A DNA stretch of 64,000 nucleotides from an uncultured virus (IMG/VR IMGVR_UViG_3300030060_005186). Taxonomy: Duplodnaviria > Heunggongvirae > Uroviricota > Caudoviricetes. A program made the translations under genes and the position numbers. Position 1 is the first letter of the stretch. Each line of letters opens with the position of its first letter. Shown here one piece after another: positions 31,065 through 40,647 of this stretch. The stretch lies in the IMG/VR virus record IMGVR_UViG_3300030060_005186, one strand, 5' to 3'. Under the pieces are notes generated by a model that was not told the DNA's origin, ran no database searches, and saw only the letters and a program-made list of their open reading frames with translations.

Positions 31065-33419
31065 TCAGGAGTGGAATAGTGTGTCATAGCCTACGACCTT
31101 GACGTGTTTGGGAAGAATCTTCAGAGGCATCTTGATTTGCTTGAAATCTTCTGGTATTTGGAGAGGTGCTTCCTCTATGATGTAATCGTCTATGATGATG
31201 AATATCTCCTCTCTGTCTCCACCTGCCCCGTTCTTCTGCAAGTGCAGAGTGATGGGCTCATCGTACTCGTGCGTGCGGTTGGTTCTGAATTCGTGCCACA
31301 GCAAGGGGTCTGATGGAATTATCTCCATGTCCAATTTGTACTCCACTTTACCCTCTATATTGAGGGAGGGGTTCCTGCTACCTGCATATGGTATCTGCTC
31401 CAGAGACTGCCCAGCAGCGTTACGTGACTCAGCAAGAGGGTTGGCTCCGACCGTGAGTATGGGAGTGGTGTTGGTCTCAGCAGACAGTGTGAATGCAGTC
31501 ACCTGCGCTATGTTCGTGCCAAAGCCAGTGATGGTTCCGTTGTAGTAGAAGTAAGGCTTCTCAGTGTTTGGAGCAATACCTGCCGCCTTACGAGCAGTAG
31601 GTGTATTAGCGACATTCTCGAACATCCTGTGTGCGGTGAACCTGTCCGCTTTAGCAAGTCCTCCAGAGAAGGCAGCAGTGAGAGTTATTACGCTATCAGA
31701 TATGGCAGTCCCACTAGGTGTGGTGTTACCTGCTACCCCTGCGTCATCTTGAGTGAGAGTCACAGCGGCATCTGATGCAGATGCTGACATGTTCAACGTC
31801 CCTGCTGTCTTTGCTGCATTGACTGCGGCTGCTATGTTTGTTGCAAATTGATTGGCATTGCTGTTGGCATTGCTGAAGCCTATGACAGTCGCTGTGGATG
31901 TGGCTGTGCTGTTATCAATGCTGAAATTGACTGAGTTAGTCCCATCACTGAGAGTTAGCACACGAGTGTTAGCCTCCCCCGCTGTCTTAGAGAGAGCAGT
32001 GAGAGTAGCAGTAGCCTTGACGGAATCCTCCAATCTGCCTGTGTCCGTATAGCACATCATGGCATCGAAATTGACTTTCATCTTGACTTGGGCATCGACA
32101 TCAGCAGTAAGTTCCCATGCTCTGACCTTGCAACCCTTGTACACACGAGTTAATTGCTTAGAATCCGAAGCACCACCGGGCACATTGCTTGTCTGCGAAC
32201 CTGCATATCCCCCAGTTCCGTAAGAATTGACATCGTACGTTCTCATACTGGTCTCCAAGGAGAATGAAGGCTGCTGCCACCGGCTCCAGAGGGCTCTCTT
32301 CTGCCTCTTCAGTATTCTACCGAATGTGTCCGTAGCAGTATCGAAATGAGGACTGCCGTTGCTATCTGAAGCGTCAGCCTTGAGAAGAACCACATCAGCA
32401 CCTGCAGCATGGTCGAAGTTGAACGGGTCGTCGACGTATATCCTCCTGTATCCAGCGGTGTTGTCGACTGCAAGTACTCTACGAGTCTCATTTCGCTCGC
32501 TGGTTTGGAACGTAGCAGAAGTGAGGTCTTGGCTACCGTCCCACTTGACTCTGCTCCCGCCTAGTTCTGTGCTATAGGGGTGGAGCGTCTCAGTTGAGTC
32601 TTTGACTATGATATAGTCGCCGGGCACTATGGTATCAAGACCTGAACTGATTGCGTCAGAGAACTCGACGTAAGTGTCACCCATAGCAATGACTTTCGCA
32701 TTCGTAGTATCCACAGTGCTAGACACAGTACCGGGTACAGCCACTGCCTCGTTACCTAGAGCGTAGTAAAGCCAGCGAGGACTATGTAGCATGGTCTCGA
32801 TGACACCTCCATCGTTCTTCATGTGCTGGGGTTCCTGCACCATGACGTCTCTGCCGAGACCGACCACATGAGAACGTAGTACGTTGACTGTCGTCTCTGG
32901 GAGAGTCACAGAAGCAGCCAGACCGATGAATTGGTCAGTCAATACAGTCTCATCACTGGCGTCAGCCGAGGAATTGTAAGCCATCCCTACATCCATGCTA
33001 GGAGTACCTAGGGTGCCAATGAGGAGTTCATCACCAGCAGTGGCATTGGTAGCCGCAGATGTTTTCAAAGCGGGAGTCACTTCGATGTAATTGCCTTGGT
33101 TGTGAACGATTGTGTATAGCGCACCCTTAGTATGGTCATCGGCTGAGAAAGCGCCTCCGCCTTTGATTTTCATCTTGGAGCCTGCTAGCATTCCCTTCGG
33201 GTATTTCAATTGACTTGAAGCATCGAACATGCTACAGGGTACCGCAGGGTTACTCCCGACTGTACGCTCACCAGCACTAGTGAACGTGATTTTACTGATG
33301 TCACCCGTAGTGGTGTGAGTCCAAGTCAAGCCACCCCATGCTCCTCTCGATAGTACGATTCCAGTCTCATGACCAAATGTAACTTCTGCTAAATCTCCCT
33401 TGTAGACTGTTGACGGCAT
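31065..33419 (-). CDS. Major tail tube protein with inserted domains
   Basis: Tube-type motifs G..AEVTFGHET, SFSLE..RVYKGCKVRAWELT..VKMKVNF, F.LSAETN..EGKVEYKLDMEI. Lies after the terminator and before the chaperones. RBS at 33427-33433. Confidence 0.7.
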   Translation of the reverse strand: MPSTVYKGDLAEVTFGHETGIVLSRGAWGGLTWTHTTTGDISKITFTSAGERTVGSNPAVPCSMFDASSQLKYPKGMLAGSKMKIKGGGAFSADDHTKGALYTIVHNQGNYIEVTPALKTSAATNATAGDELLIGTLGTPSMDVGMAYNSSADASDETVLTDQFIGLAASVTLPETTVNVLRSHVVGLGRDVMVQEPQHMKNDGGVIETMLHSPRWLYYALGNEAVAVPGTVSSTVDTTNAKVIAMGDTYVEFSDAISSGLDTIVPGDYIIVKDSTETLHPYSTELGGSRVKWDGSQDLTSATFQTSERNETRRVLAVDNTAGYRRIYVDDPFNFDHAAGADVVLLKADASDSNGSPHFDTATDTFGRILKRQKRALWSRWQQPSFSLETSMRTYDVNSYGTGGYAGSQTSNVPGGASDSKQLTRVYKGCKVRAWELTADVDAQVKMKVNFDAMMCYTDTGRLEDSVKATATLTALSKTAGEANTRVLTLSDGTNSVNFSIDNSTATSTATVIGFSNANSNANQFATNIAAAVNAAKTAGTLNMSASASDAAVTLTQDDAGVAGNTTPSGTAISDSVITLTAAFSGGLAKADRFTAHRMFENVANTPTARKAAGIAPNTEKPYFYYNGTITGFGTNIAQVTAFTLSAETNTTPILTVGANPLAESRNAAGQSLEQIPYAGSRNPSLNIEGKVEYKLDMEIIPSDPLLWHEFRTNRTHEYDEPITLHLQKNGAGGDREEIFIIIDDYIIEEAPLQIPEDFKQIKMPLKILPKHVKVVGYDTLFHS

Positions 33420-33431
33420 GCTCGACTCACC

Positions 33432-33881
33432 TCACGCGACTAACTCACTCAATATGACGATTTCGACTTGGAAGGTCATTCTATGTAGGCGTTTCGTTCT
33501 ATCCGAAAGGTCCGTACGGGTCTTGTACACTATTCTGTCGTAGTTTAAACCGTCTCCTTTTCTCTTTAAATGAAGTATCCTTCTCACTTCGTCTTCCATC
33601 TTCATCAAGTGCGTTCTGCCCTCTACTGTCCGTATGTCCACTGTGACGTTGATACGGCTATTGACGTAGTCATAAAATATGTCAGGCTGCTCTTCGCTGT
33701 GTGCTGTCTCGTAGAGGAAGATTGCATCGCTCCTGTTCAAATCGAAACGCTTTCCCCTACCGGGGTCCAAGGTGGTGATATCCATGATGACAGGCTTTCG
33801 CTGCTTGGTATTGGCACGATTCCATGAGTCATCGAAGATGCTCTGCATCAAGTCCACTGATTCTTTAGGCATCCATATCAC
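33432..33881 (-). CDS. Putative tail terminator/completion protein
   Basis: 149 aa directly upstream of the tube. VTVDIRT..MEDEVRRIL..HRMTFQVEI layout. Confidence 0.6.
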   Translation of the reverse strand: MIWMPKESVDLMQSIFDDSWNRANTKQRKPVIMDITTLDPGRGKRFDLNRSDAIFLYETAHSEEQPDIFYDYVNSRINVTVDIRTVEGRTHLMKMEDEVRRILHLKRKGDGLNYDRIVYKTRTDLSDRTKRLHRMTFQVEIVILSELVA

Positions 33882-34098
33882 TCCCTAGGTGGCTCTCAGC
33901 AGCAGCCTGCATGGACGCCATGTTAACGACATTAGTGTAGTCCTCATGATTGGAGGGGAGGATGTTGCCTTCCTCATCGATGAGATTGTACTCCTCATCA
34001 ACATCGTACCCATAGGAATGGGCTGTAGCAATGAAGAATATTCTCCCTATAGGGTAGAAGATAGAACGCTCTCGTGCTGCTTTAGTGATACTATTCAA
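33865..34098 (-). CDS. Hypothetical protein (neck region)
   Basis: Fills the gap with short overlaps on both sides. TTG start, uncertain. Confidence 0.5.
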   Translation of the reverse strand: MNSITKAARERSIFYPIGRIFFIATAHSYGYDVDEEYNLIDEEGNILPSNHEDYTNVVNMASMQAAAESHLGSDMDA

Positions 34099-35698
34099 GG
34101 GTCATCACTTCCATGTAGCGTGGTAGAGTCTCTGCCACTTGAGCCTTGAACAACTGATACTTGGCCCCTAGGTCTATGTTCTGCGTACCTTCAGGGATGA
34201 GTATGCTACGGTCGTCTGACAGGAGCAAGTCCATAGCAACCATCTTCGTGCAAATGTCCTCTATCGCCTTCTCGACGTATCGCTCTCCGTACACGTAGGA
34301 AGCCTTGACTGAGTTCCACTGGAAGTAGGGGTATGTGTTGTTGAAGTAGACAATACCGAGGTCGTAGTCAGCCCACCAATCACGAAGCCTAGCCTCGTCT
34401 CCAGTGCCACTACCGAAGTAGTCTATCTTGAGCCTGTACTGAGTGAGGACAGTGCCATTTGACACCGAGGCCAAGAGCCCGCTACTAGCGAGGTCAGTCA
34501 CCCCTGTGAGCGTAGTGGCTGTCTTACCTGTGTAGTAAGCGCACTTGACAGAGGAACCTGTTCCTGTGCAGATGATGCCGAAGGGAGACAATGCAGAGGT
34601 ATCGGCCATGGTGATAGTTTGATTACCAGCATGTGCACCAGTGACAGTCACTGTCGTATCAGTCAAGTTGGTAGCGGACATGGCTGTGAGGTTGGTTATG
34701 CCAAGGGTAGCAGTCTCTCCAGCCTCACCACGATTCATGCTAGTTATTTTCAGTTTTGAGTTCCCGTAATCAGCATTCGCAGAAGCCATAAACTCATGAT
34801 GAACATTAGCAGTAGTGCTACCACTAGATGTAGCAGCGGTTTCCAAAGTGAAAGAAGGAGAGAAGAGAACAGAGTCCTTCTTTCTGCGAAGGTCCTTGTT
34901 AATGAGGTCCGCAAGTTGTTGAGCAGCATTGACACCATCGAAATCTGCACTCCATGTTGATGATGTCGACCCTACCTGCAAACTCGCTACACCACCACCT
35001 CCGGGGCACAGGAATAAGTAATCATTGGTAGTCAAAGCAGAGTGGTCGAGGATTTGCAAACGAGCCTCGGCTGCTCCGACCTCTCTGTATTCCTGACCTT
35101 GCCATATTTCTAGCCTTAGAATCTGCTGGACGTTGCGGAACATCAGGGGTACCGTGCCCACGTAGTCAGTGTAATAACGCCGTCTATACGGCTTATAGGT
35201 GTCGAAATTGAGGTACTCTGCTGTCTGCAGCATTGGCCTCCATGAGTTGTTGCATAGGTTGTCTATCCTATCTTGCATGCGGAGTATCATGGTCTCGACA
35301 GCCTTGCGTGTCACACCCCTCCTCTTACCGTTGGTGAAGGACTGCAGCGGTTGAACGCTAGCATCATCTGCGACATCGTAGTCGCCTGACACACCACCGC
35401 TCCAAGACAGGACCACGTCAGTCCCGTCTCTTGCGACTCCAGTGAGCGTTACTTCCTCACCTAACTCAACATTACTCGCTAGTTCTACCTTGTCACCCTC
35501 CTCGAAACCCACGAGTCTAAAATCAGCAGGACTTATCTTCGCACTGGTGGCACCCGTATTGGCATCAGCAGTGAGGAAGACTGGGTCTGGGAGTGGTATC
35601 TGGAGTATGTCAGCAACCTTCTGCGCTGTGGTATATACGACTTGGTCAGGGAAGAGAGGCCGTGGCTCGCGTTCCCCTGTGTTGAACACCACTGGCAT
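34091..35698 (-). CDS. Putative head-tail adaptor with inserted domains
   Basis: YTTAQKVADIL..RIDNLCNNSW and VKASYVYG...IEDICTKMVA are adaptor-like ends. Long for this family because of inserts. Confidence 0.65.
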   Translation of the reverse strand: MPVVFNTGEREPRPLFPDQVVYTTAQKVADILQIPLPDPVFLTADANTGATSAKISPADFRLVGFEEGDKVELASNVELGEEVTLTGVARDGTDVVLSWSGGVSGDYDVADDASVQPLQSFTNGKRRGVTRKAVETMILRMQDRIDNLCNNSWRPMLQTAEYLNFDTYKPYRRRYYTDYVGTVPLMFRNVQQILRLEIWQGQEYREVGAAEARLQILDHSALTTNDYLFLCPGGGGVASLQVGSTSSTWSADFDGVNAAQQLADLINKDLRRKKDSVLFSPSFTLETAATSSGSTTANVHHEFMASANADYGNSKLKITSMNRGEAGETATLGITNLTAMSATNLTDTTVTVTGAHAGNQTITMADTSALSPFGIICTGTGSSVKCAYYTGKTATTLTGVTDLASSGLLASVSNGTVLTQYRLKIDYFGSGTGDEARLRDWWADYDLGIVYFNNTYPYFQWNSVKASYVYGERYVEKAIEDICTKMVAMDLLLSDDRSILIPEGTQNIDLGAKYQLFKAQVAETLPRYMEVMTLE

Positions 35699-36039
35699 TA
35701 GGCGCCTCTCCTTGGTTGCATAGTGCGTGGGTCATGAGGGTCGTTTATTCCTGTAGAACTGACTAAATTACTCTGAGATGGTTGTGATGTAGGTGGGTCT
35801 CTAGGGTACATCGGTCCCTCGGCTTCTGCTTCCAAATTTGCACGTGCTGCGTTATTTCTCGCTTCAATGGCTTCTTGAAGGGTAGGTTGCTTCCCCTCTG
35901 CTCCCTGTTTGGCTGCTGCGGCTCGTAATTTCCTTCTTCTTGCCGCAGCACTTTCCTCTAGTGGTTTTTTATTCTCTCCACCTTCCATAGGTGCTTTGAG
36001 AAAGTCCCAAGACTTGTCTAACGGATTCATACTTTTCAA
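35698..36039 (-). CDS. Small accessory protein with N-terminal SWDFLKA motif
   Basis: Coupled ORF, lower GC than neighbours. Confidence 0.6.
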   Translation of the reverse strand: MKSMNPLDKSWDFLKAPMEGGENKKPLEESAAARRRKLRAAAAKQGAEGKQPTLQEAIEARNNAARANLEAEAEGPMYPRDPPTSQPSQSNLVSSTGINDPHDPRTMQPRRGA

Positions 36040-36317
36040 TACCCCTTCTGAGCGTCAGTACTACTTCTGTTTCCGTGTTTCACTCCTACGTTCTTTGCGG
36101 GGTCATCCTTTTCCTTCTTCGGCTCTTTCATTCGGTCTGAGACGCAGATGTTACAGTATGGCTTTCCATCTTCAGGAGCGTACTTATTGGCATGCGCATA
36201 GCAATTCTTTGAAGCGCAGTAAGTAGTGCCTTTGGGTGCTTTGATAACAGACCAAGACTCACCTAGCGCTCCCATTGTGTCGTCTGTAGGAGTATTCAAA
36301 AATGAACCTTGTGTCAT
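36036..36317 (-). CDS. Small Cys-rich accessory protein with SWSVIKA motif
   Basis: CASKNC...CNIC. Coupled by 4-nt overlaps. Confidence 0.6.
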   Translation of the reverse strand: MTQGSFLNTPTDDTMGALGESWSVIKAPKGTTYCASKNCYAHANKYAPEDGKPYCNICVSDRMKEPKKEKDDPAKNVGVKHGNRSSTDAQKGY

Positions 36318-36586
36318 ACTTTCACATCCACTTTGCCTAGGTTATACTCCATCGGTTTGCTGCATGCACCGCAGCGCTCTAGGTAGCAGAAGTGGAGCAT
36401 ACCACAATGCTTGCATCGTGTCCCACTACCTATGTCGAGCACGTCCCTCACGTTACGAGAACGTAGGTTCTGCTCGCTTATTTGGCCGGAGAGCCGCTCG
36501 CTTGGACTTGCGTCCGTACGAACAGACTCCCCGGTTGCGTATTTCCATCCTTGTTTGGACAGTCGTTGGAGGTCCTCAGCATCCAT
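36314..36586 (-). CDS. Zinc-ribbon protein
   Basis: CKHC-x9-CGAC. GAGGTGG RBS upstream. Confidence 0.7.
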   Translation of the reverse strand: MDAEDLQRLSKQGWKYATGESVRTDASPSERLSGQISEQNLRSRNVRDVLDIGSGTRCKHCGMLHFCYLERCGACSKPMEYNLGKVDVKV

Positions 36587-36597
36587 GGTTAACCACC

Positions 36598-36759
36598 TCA
36601 GGTGGCCACCACTACGTATAGGTTACCGCCCACCATGTAACTAGTGAGACCCTTTACACTGCTGATGTCTTCTAAGACATCTACTATGCCGGGTCCACCA
36701 GCACCACCAACCAAGTTCTTGGCTTGGTCAGGTGTAAATTCGTAGACTGCTATACCCAT
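36598..36759 (-). CDS. 53-aa hypothetical protein (below the ORF-track cutoff)
   Basis: Hand translation MGIAVYEFTPDQAKNLVGGAGGPGIVDVLEDISSVKGLTSYMVGGNLYVVVAT*. GGGGTGA RBS; fills the gap. Confidence 0.7.
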   Translation of the reverse strand: MGIAVYEFTPDQAKNLVGGAGGPGIVDVLEDISSVKGLTSYMVGGNLYVVVAT

Positions 36760-36775
36760 GGGGTATCACCCCCAA

Positions 36776-37015
36776 TTATCTCTTACCGATAGCCATGAGG
36801 CGCCCTGCTCTACCTAGGTCGGTAAAGTCCACGGACGTGCCGTCAATGCATGCGGTCAGTGCTGTCGCGGTACCGTCAGTAGCCTGTACCTGAGCCATGA
36901 GAATCTCACTCATGAAATCAGAGAGGTCAGCGGTGTCGTCACCGCTTGCCACGGTACCCGTGACTACTATCATGTTACCAAATGCGCTTGGTCTATCATC
37001 TGCTACAAAAACCAT
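36776..37015 (-). CDS. Small putative head decoration/structural protein
   Basis: 79 aa, beta-rich, in the post-capsid operon. Confidence 0.55.
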   Translation of the reverse strand: MVFVADDRPSAFGNMIVVTGTVASGDDTADLSDFMSEILMAQVQATDGTATALTACIDGTSVDFTDLGRAGRLMAIGKR

Positions 37016-37017
37016 AT

Positions 37018-37356
37018 CTATTCCTCCTCTTGAACGACCTCAGCCGCTAGTACTTCATCAACCTTTTCCAGCATCTTCGCTTTCGTGGCGCGGAGCCCGG
37101 ACATTTCTACTCCATGCTCGTACAGCCATTGTTGAATGTCTGCCTTGAGCCAATTCGTGTCCGGGATTCCGTCACCATCGTCTTGCGTAAAAATGACGCC
37201 GGGGTAGTCTTCTTCGATGCGCCAATGAGTGGCGTCGAAAGCACTGCGTCTCATATCCAACCAATCCTGTGACACCTCGACTCCTTCGTTCCTGCTGAAT
37301 TCGCCGTATTTGGTACGAACTCTCATGTCCGTTCCTGCCCAGTATAGTGTTGGCAT
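37018..37356 (-). CDS. Hypothetical protein with a C-terminal HeH-like motif
   Basis: WLKADIQQWLYEHGV....ATKAKMLEKV. GGAGTGA RBS. Confidence 0.6.
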   Translation of the reverse strand: MPTLYWAGTDMRVRTKYGEFSRNEGVEVSQDWLDMRRSAFDATHWRIEEDYPGVIFTQDDGDGIPDTNWLKADIQQWLYEHGVEMSGLRATKAKMLEKVDEVLAAEVVQEEE

Positions 37357-37373
37357 GTTAGGTCACTCCTTAT

Positions 37374-38009
37374 TCAGGCCACCAATAGTAGTAGCGTCAT
37401 AGACTCGGTCGTACCAGATGTGTTCGTCAGGATGAGCGGCGTCCTCTTGTGGATAGCGCCGTCGTCTTGGACCTGTACCGTGGTGTTAGCCTCCAAGGTA
37501 ATCTCAATTGCCCCATTGGACGATTTCAACTTACCCAGTATCGCTCCTTGGTCGTTCAGTACGAAGTCGCCCACGCTAAAGTGGTCGGCTACAGTTACGC
37601 CTCCATCTACAGCGACTGTGGCCTCACTTGTCAAAAAGTGTGACCCGTCATTGACGTTAATACCAGTATCTACGTGCTGCGATAGTCCGGGGGCTGCGTT
37701 GCTTTCCTGCCACTGGCACATTGCGAACATTATCTCAGTCACTGGTGCTCCATTGCTGCTTGCGCTCGAAAGCGTAAGCGTGTCGTTATCAGCCGCTGAG
37801 GACCAATGGACTCGCACTAGCCTTGGTTGCATCTTGTTCGTTCCGTCTGTCTGTCTCGCTGCGAAGGACGTAAGCGCACCGGGGTACCCAGTTAGCCAGT
37901 CCGTAGCATCGGGGTCGACTCCAGCCCACATGGGCATGTCAAAGTCTACCTCGACTGTGCTGTTGTTGCTCGTTGTGTATGTTATTCCTCTAAATGTTGT
38001 TGCTGCCAT
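37374..38009 (-). CDS. Putative capsid decoration/minor head protein
   Basis: Immediately after the MCP, with GAGGTGA RBS at 38016-38022. T/S/G-rich beta composition. Confidence 0.55.
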   Translation of the reverse strand: MAATTFRGITYTTSNNSTVEVDFDMPMWAGVDPDATDWLTGYPGALTSFAARQTDGTNKMQPRLVRVHWSSAADNDTLTLSSASSNGAPVTEIMFAMCQWQESNAAPGLSQHVDTGINVNDGSHFLTSEATVAVDGGVTVADHFSVGDFVLNDQGAILGKLKSSNGAIEITLEANTTVQVQDDGAIHKRTPLILTNTSGTTESMTLLLLVA

Positions 38010-38015
38010 ATCATT

Positions 38016-38022
38016 TCACCTC
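38016..38022 (-). promoter_or_regulatory. Archaeal-type Shine-Dalgarno GAGGTGA (also at 8016-8022 and 33427-33433; GGTGA/GGTGG before many other genes)
   Basis: Complementary to the 16S 3' end AUCACCUC, 4-7 nt before ATG. Confidence 0.75.
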
Positions 38023-38046
38023 TTATTTATCTCCTAATCCGATACC

Positions 38047-39192
38047 TCACTTAAGGTCTCGGATTGAACCTCCTGCTCCGAAGAAAGAATCCCATACCTC
38101 ACCCATGGTTCGGTAGAGTCCTTCCTGTCCTAGTCTGTTGATGGCGAACGGGTCACCAGTCTCGATACCCGACTCGAAGTACTGAGTTGGGATAGCGGTC
38201 TGGAACCACAGGTAATCCGTATCGAAGTAGTAAATCCTCGAGATACCGGAGGTATCAGTCACTACGTCCTTGGATGGAATCAGAGGCACACCGTTGTAGG
38301 TAGCCACCATAAAACCAGCCTCGATACCGGGAACACCCTTCACGCCGTTGTAGGTTGGTGTAACCCTCTTCGACTCCATGAACCTCTGCTGGCTCTGTAG
38401 GAGTTGCTGGACACGCATTAGGGTATCGTACCCTGTTAGCATGACCTTGGGGTTACCACCACGCTTCCAAATCTGCTGGAAGAGACCGTCAAGTTGGTTC
38501 AGGCTTAGGTTCCTGTTAGTGTCAGCCGCAGTTGAGACATCTACCTCTGCACTGTGGAAGTCTGAACTTCCATCTCGAGTGATGGAGTACAGGTCGTGGT
38601 CCGTGGTTGCGCTCACGTGATTAGTGCTGGTCGTCATCTTGTCTGGGTCCGATGTTAGTCTGTCTAGGGACTCTAGGTCGTTTCCTGCTGGAGTCTCGAC
38701 ATCCTCTAGGAGCATCCTGTTGATGTGGTCAGCGTGGTGCTTCCCCATCTCTTCCTTCAGCACTTGGCGCACGTCTCCAAGACCGTCATCCTTGTCAGAA
38801 AGGAACATGGACACTTCGCTCAGGTCGAACGAGTGACCGATGGTCTTGGGCTTTGCAGCCACGTGTAGGAAGTCAGGCTTGGTGGTGTCTGGCAGAGTAG
38901 CGTTCTCAGCCAGTCCTCCGCCCACGTTGAACGAGGGCTTGGAGGTTATGATTCTCCACCCACTTCGCTCCCAAGGCTTCTTTGGAAGTATGCTAAACGC
39001 GTTGAACTCTTGGTTCAGTTGCGACCAAACTTTCCTTCCGTAGATTGCTTGGTAAGTACCAGCGGTGGTGCTCAGAAGCGGTGCGTCCGCCTTGAGTATA
39101 TCTCCACTGCTGTAAGTGTACCCAGTCGTTGCGGTACCACCGTAGTAGTACCTCTCCATGTCTTGTATTGTTCTTACGTAATTACGTGCCAT
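38047..39192 (-). CDS. Major capsid protein (HK97 fold, archaeal tailed-virus type)
   Basis: 381 aa after the protease. YGRKVWSQLNQE.NAFSILPK.PW..SGWR, GG.PKVMLTG.DT, YNGVPLIPSKD, IYYFDTDYL, GLYRTMGE. Confidence 0.9.
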   Translation of the reverse strand: MARNYVRTIQDMERYYYGGTATTGYTYSSGDILKADAPLLSTTAGTYQAIYGRKVWSQLNQEFNAFSILPKKPWERSGWRIITSKPSFNVGGGLAENATLPDTTKPDFLHVAAKPKTIGHSFDLSEVSMFLSDKDDGLGDVRQVLKEEMGKHHADHINRMLLEDVETPAGNDLESLDRLTSDPDKMTTSTNHVSATTDHDLYSITRDGSSDFHSAEVDVSTAADTNRNLSLNQLDGLFQQIWKRGGNPKVMLTGYDTLMRVQQLLQSQQRFMESKRVTPTYNGVKGVPGIEAGFMVATYNGVPLIPSKDVVTDTSGISRIYYFDTDYLWFQTAIPTQYFESGIETGDPFAINRLGQEGLYRTMGEVWDSFFGAGGSIRDLK

Positions 39193-39194
39193 AT

Positions 39195-40616
39195 TCAGTT
39201 ACCTCCCTGTAGAGCCTTACCGGCTAGTCGGTGGACATCGTCCCACGACATCTGAGCCATTGTCTCGGTCTCAGGAATTTGTACAGCGGGTGCTGCTTCG
39301 GACTTAGCAATCGTCTCGCCACCTTCGGCAGACACGTTTGAAATCCTGTCACCTAGTGCGAGGACAGCCTTCTGCAGGTCCTCTAGGGGGCCTCTCGCAT
39401 CGAATGCGGTCTTGGCCTCAGCATCTGCATCAGCAGAGAGTTCCTTCTGGAACCTCATGGAGAACTCGTTACCAAGGTCAGTCTTGAACTGCTGCTCTAG
39501 TGCTGCAGCCTTGTAGACTTGGTAAGCCTCCTCTATCTGAGCAGGGGAGACATCGGCTCTGTCGATGTACTCATCAGCCTTGATGACGTTCTTGTTTCCG
39601 CTGGGTGCGGACCCGAAGTTCATCTTTGGCCTCTTGCTAGACTCGCCCTCTCCGGCGCCCTCTATGCTACCCTGTCCACGGTGGGTGTACCCATGTGGAC
39701 CTTCCTGAAGGTATGACTTCTCGACGCCCTCATCGACATCCAAGTCCTCTAGAGCGCTTCGTGCTGCTGCTGGGTCGTACCCAGCAGACTTCACTGTGCT
39801 CTCTAGCCAATTTAGATAGTCCGTGGTAATCACGTCATCAAGGTCATCGCCTTTCTTCATCTTTTCTTTTTTCTCTGCATATGCCATCTTGTCTTCTTTC
39901 TCAGCGTCCTCGGCCTTGTCAGCATCGTCTGCTTTGTCCATGTCCTTCTTGTCCATGTTTTTCTTGTCCATGTTTTTCATGGCCTTTTCAGCATCCTCTG
40001 CTTTCTCGGTATCATCGAGACGCTTGGAGAGACGCTCCAAGACGTTCTGCAGTTCATTCATTGTTTCACTTTCGTTTGTCATTGTATCACCTTTATTCGT
40101 TGTATCCTCCTTTAGGATTCTAAACTGGGCCTCGGGATTGATGCCCTTTTCGCAAATGGTAACCTCGTGCAACTCCATGCGGCTTATCTCACGGTACCCA
40201 CCTCTGGTGTTATCGTGCTTGTTGACACGCTCGAAAGCCTGTCCACCGATGGAGAACGACTTGAGGTTCCCCTTGCGAATTTCTGCGGCCACTTCTCGGG
40301 CCTTCTCTATGTCATCACGTAGTTTGATGACGACGAACATACCAGTCTCATCCACCTCGGACTTCCATACCCTACCACCAGTGTCTGTGTAGGCTGGGAC
40401 TACCTCTCCCACCTGTATGTTGGAATGTGCGAGTTGCACGTTCCTGAAGCCCGGTGCTTTCATGAATTTGTCGAATGCATCTCTTAGGGCATTCTTCGTA
40501 ATCAGGTCTCCCTGCTTGTCCACCATCTCCACTGACGCATAGCCTGCTACGACTAGGTCACTGGCTCTAGATTTGAGCAGAATAGGATTCTCAATCGGAG
40601 ATTCCAGCATGAGCAT
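39195..40616 (-). CDS. Prohead protease (HK97/S78 type) fused to a scaffold region
   Basis: GYASVEMVDKQGDLI..H..VG..SFSIGG..LHEVTIC..GINPEA, followed by a charged coiled/disordered C-terminal half. Confidence 0.9.
   Translation of the reverse strand: MLMLESPIENPILLKSRASDLVVAGYASVEMVDKQGDLITKNALRDAFDKFMKAPGFRNVQLAHSNIQVGEVVPAYTDTGGRVWKSEVDETGMFVVIKLRDDIEKAREVAAEIRKGNLKSFSIGGQAFERVNKHDNTRGGYREISRMELHEVTICEKGINPEAQFRILKEDTTNKGDTMTNESETMNELQNVLERLSKRLDDTEKAEDAEKAMKNMDKKNMDKKDMDKADDADKAEDAEKEDKMAYAEKKEKMKKGDDLDDVITTDYLNWLESTVKSAGYDPAAARSALEDLDVDEGVEKSYLQEGPHGYTHRGQGSIEGAGEGESSKRPKMNFGSAPSGNKNVIKADEYIDRADVSPAQIEEAYQVYKAAALEQQFKTDLGNEFSMRFQKELSADADAEAKTAFDARGPLEDLQKAVLALGDRISNVSAEGGETIAKSEAAPAVQIPETETMAQMSWDDVHRLAGKALQGGN
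39934..39978. repeat. 15-nt tandem repeat (3 copies) encoding K[ND]MDK in the scaffold
   Basis: ttgtccatgtYYttc x3. Confidence 0.75.
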
Positions 40617-40639
40617 GAACGTCGATAGATATTCTCATA

Positions 40640-40647
40640 CTATTTAA
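40640..40647 (-). promoter_or_regulatory. Candidate archaeal TATA box (TTAAATAG) for the protease-capsid operon
   Basis: AT-rich box in a 32-nt gap, ending 24 nt before the ATG at 40616. No RBS, consistent with a leaderless mRNA. Confidence 0.55.

Noticed and set aside
31065..33419. 784-aa protein as a contractile tail sheath
   Set aside because: Its motifs fit a tube protein, the extra length is explained by inserts, and no separate tube gene follows.
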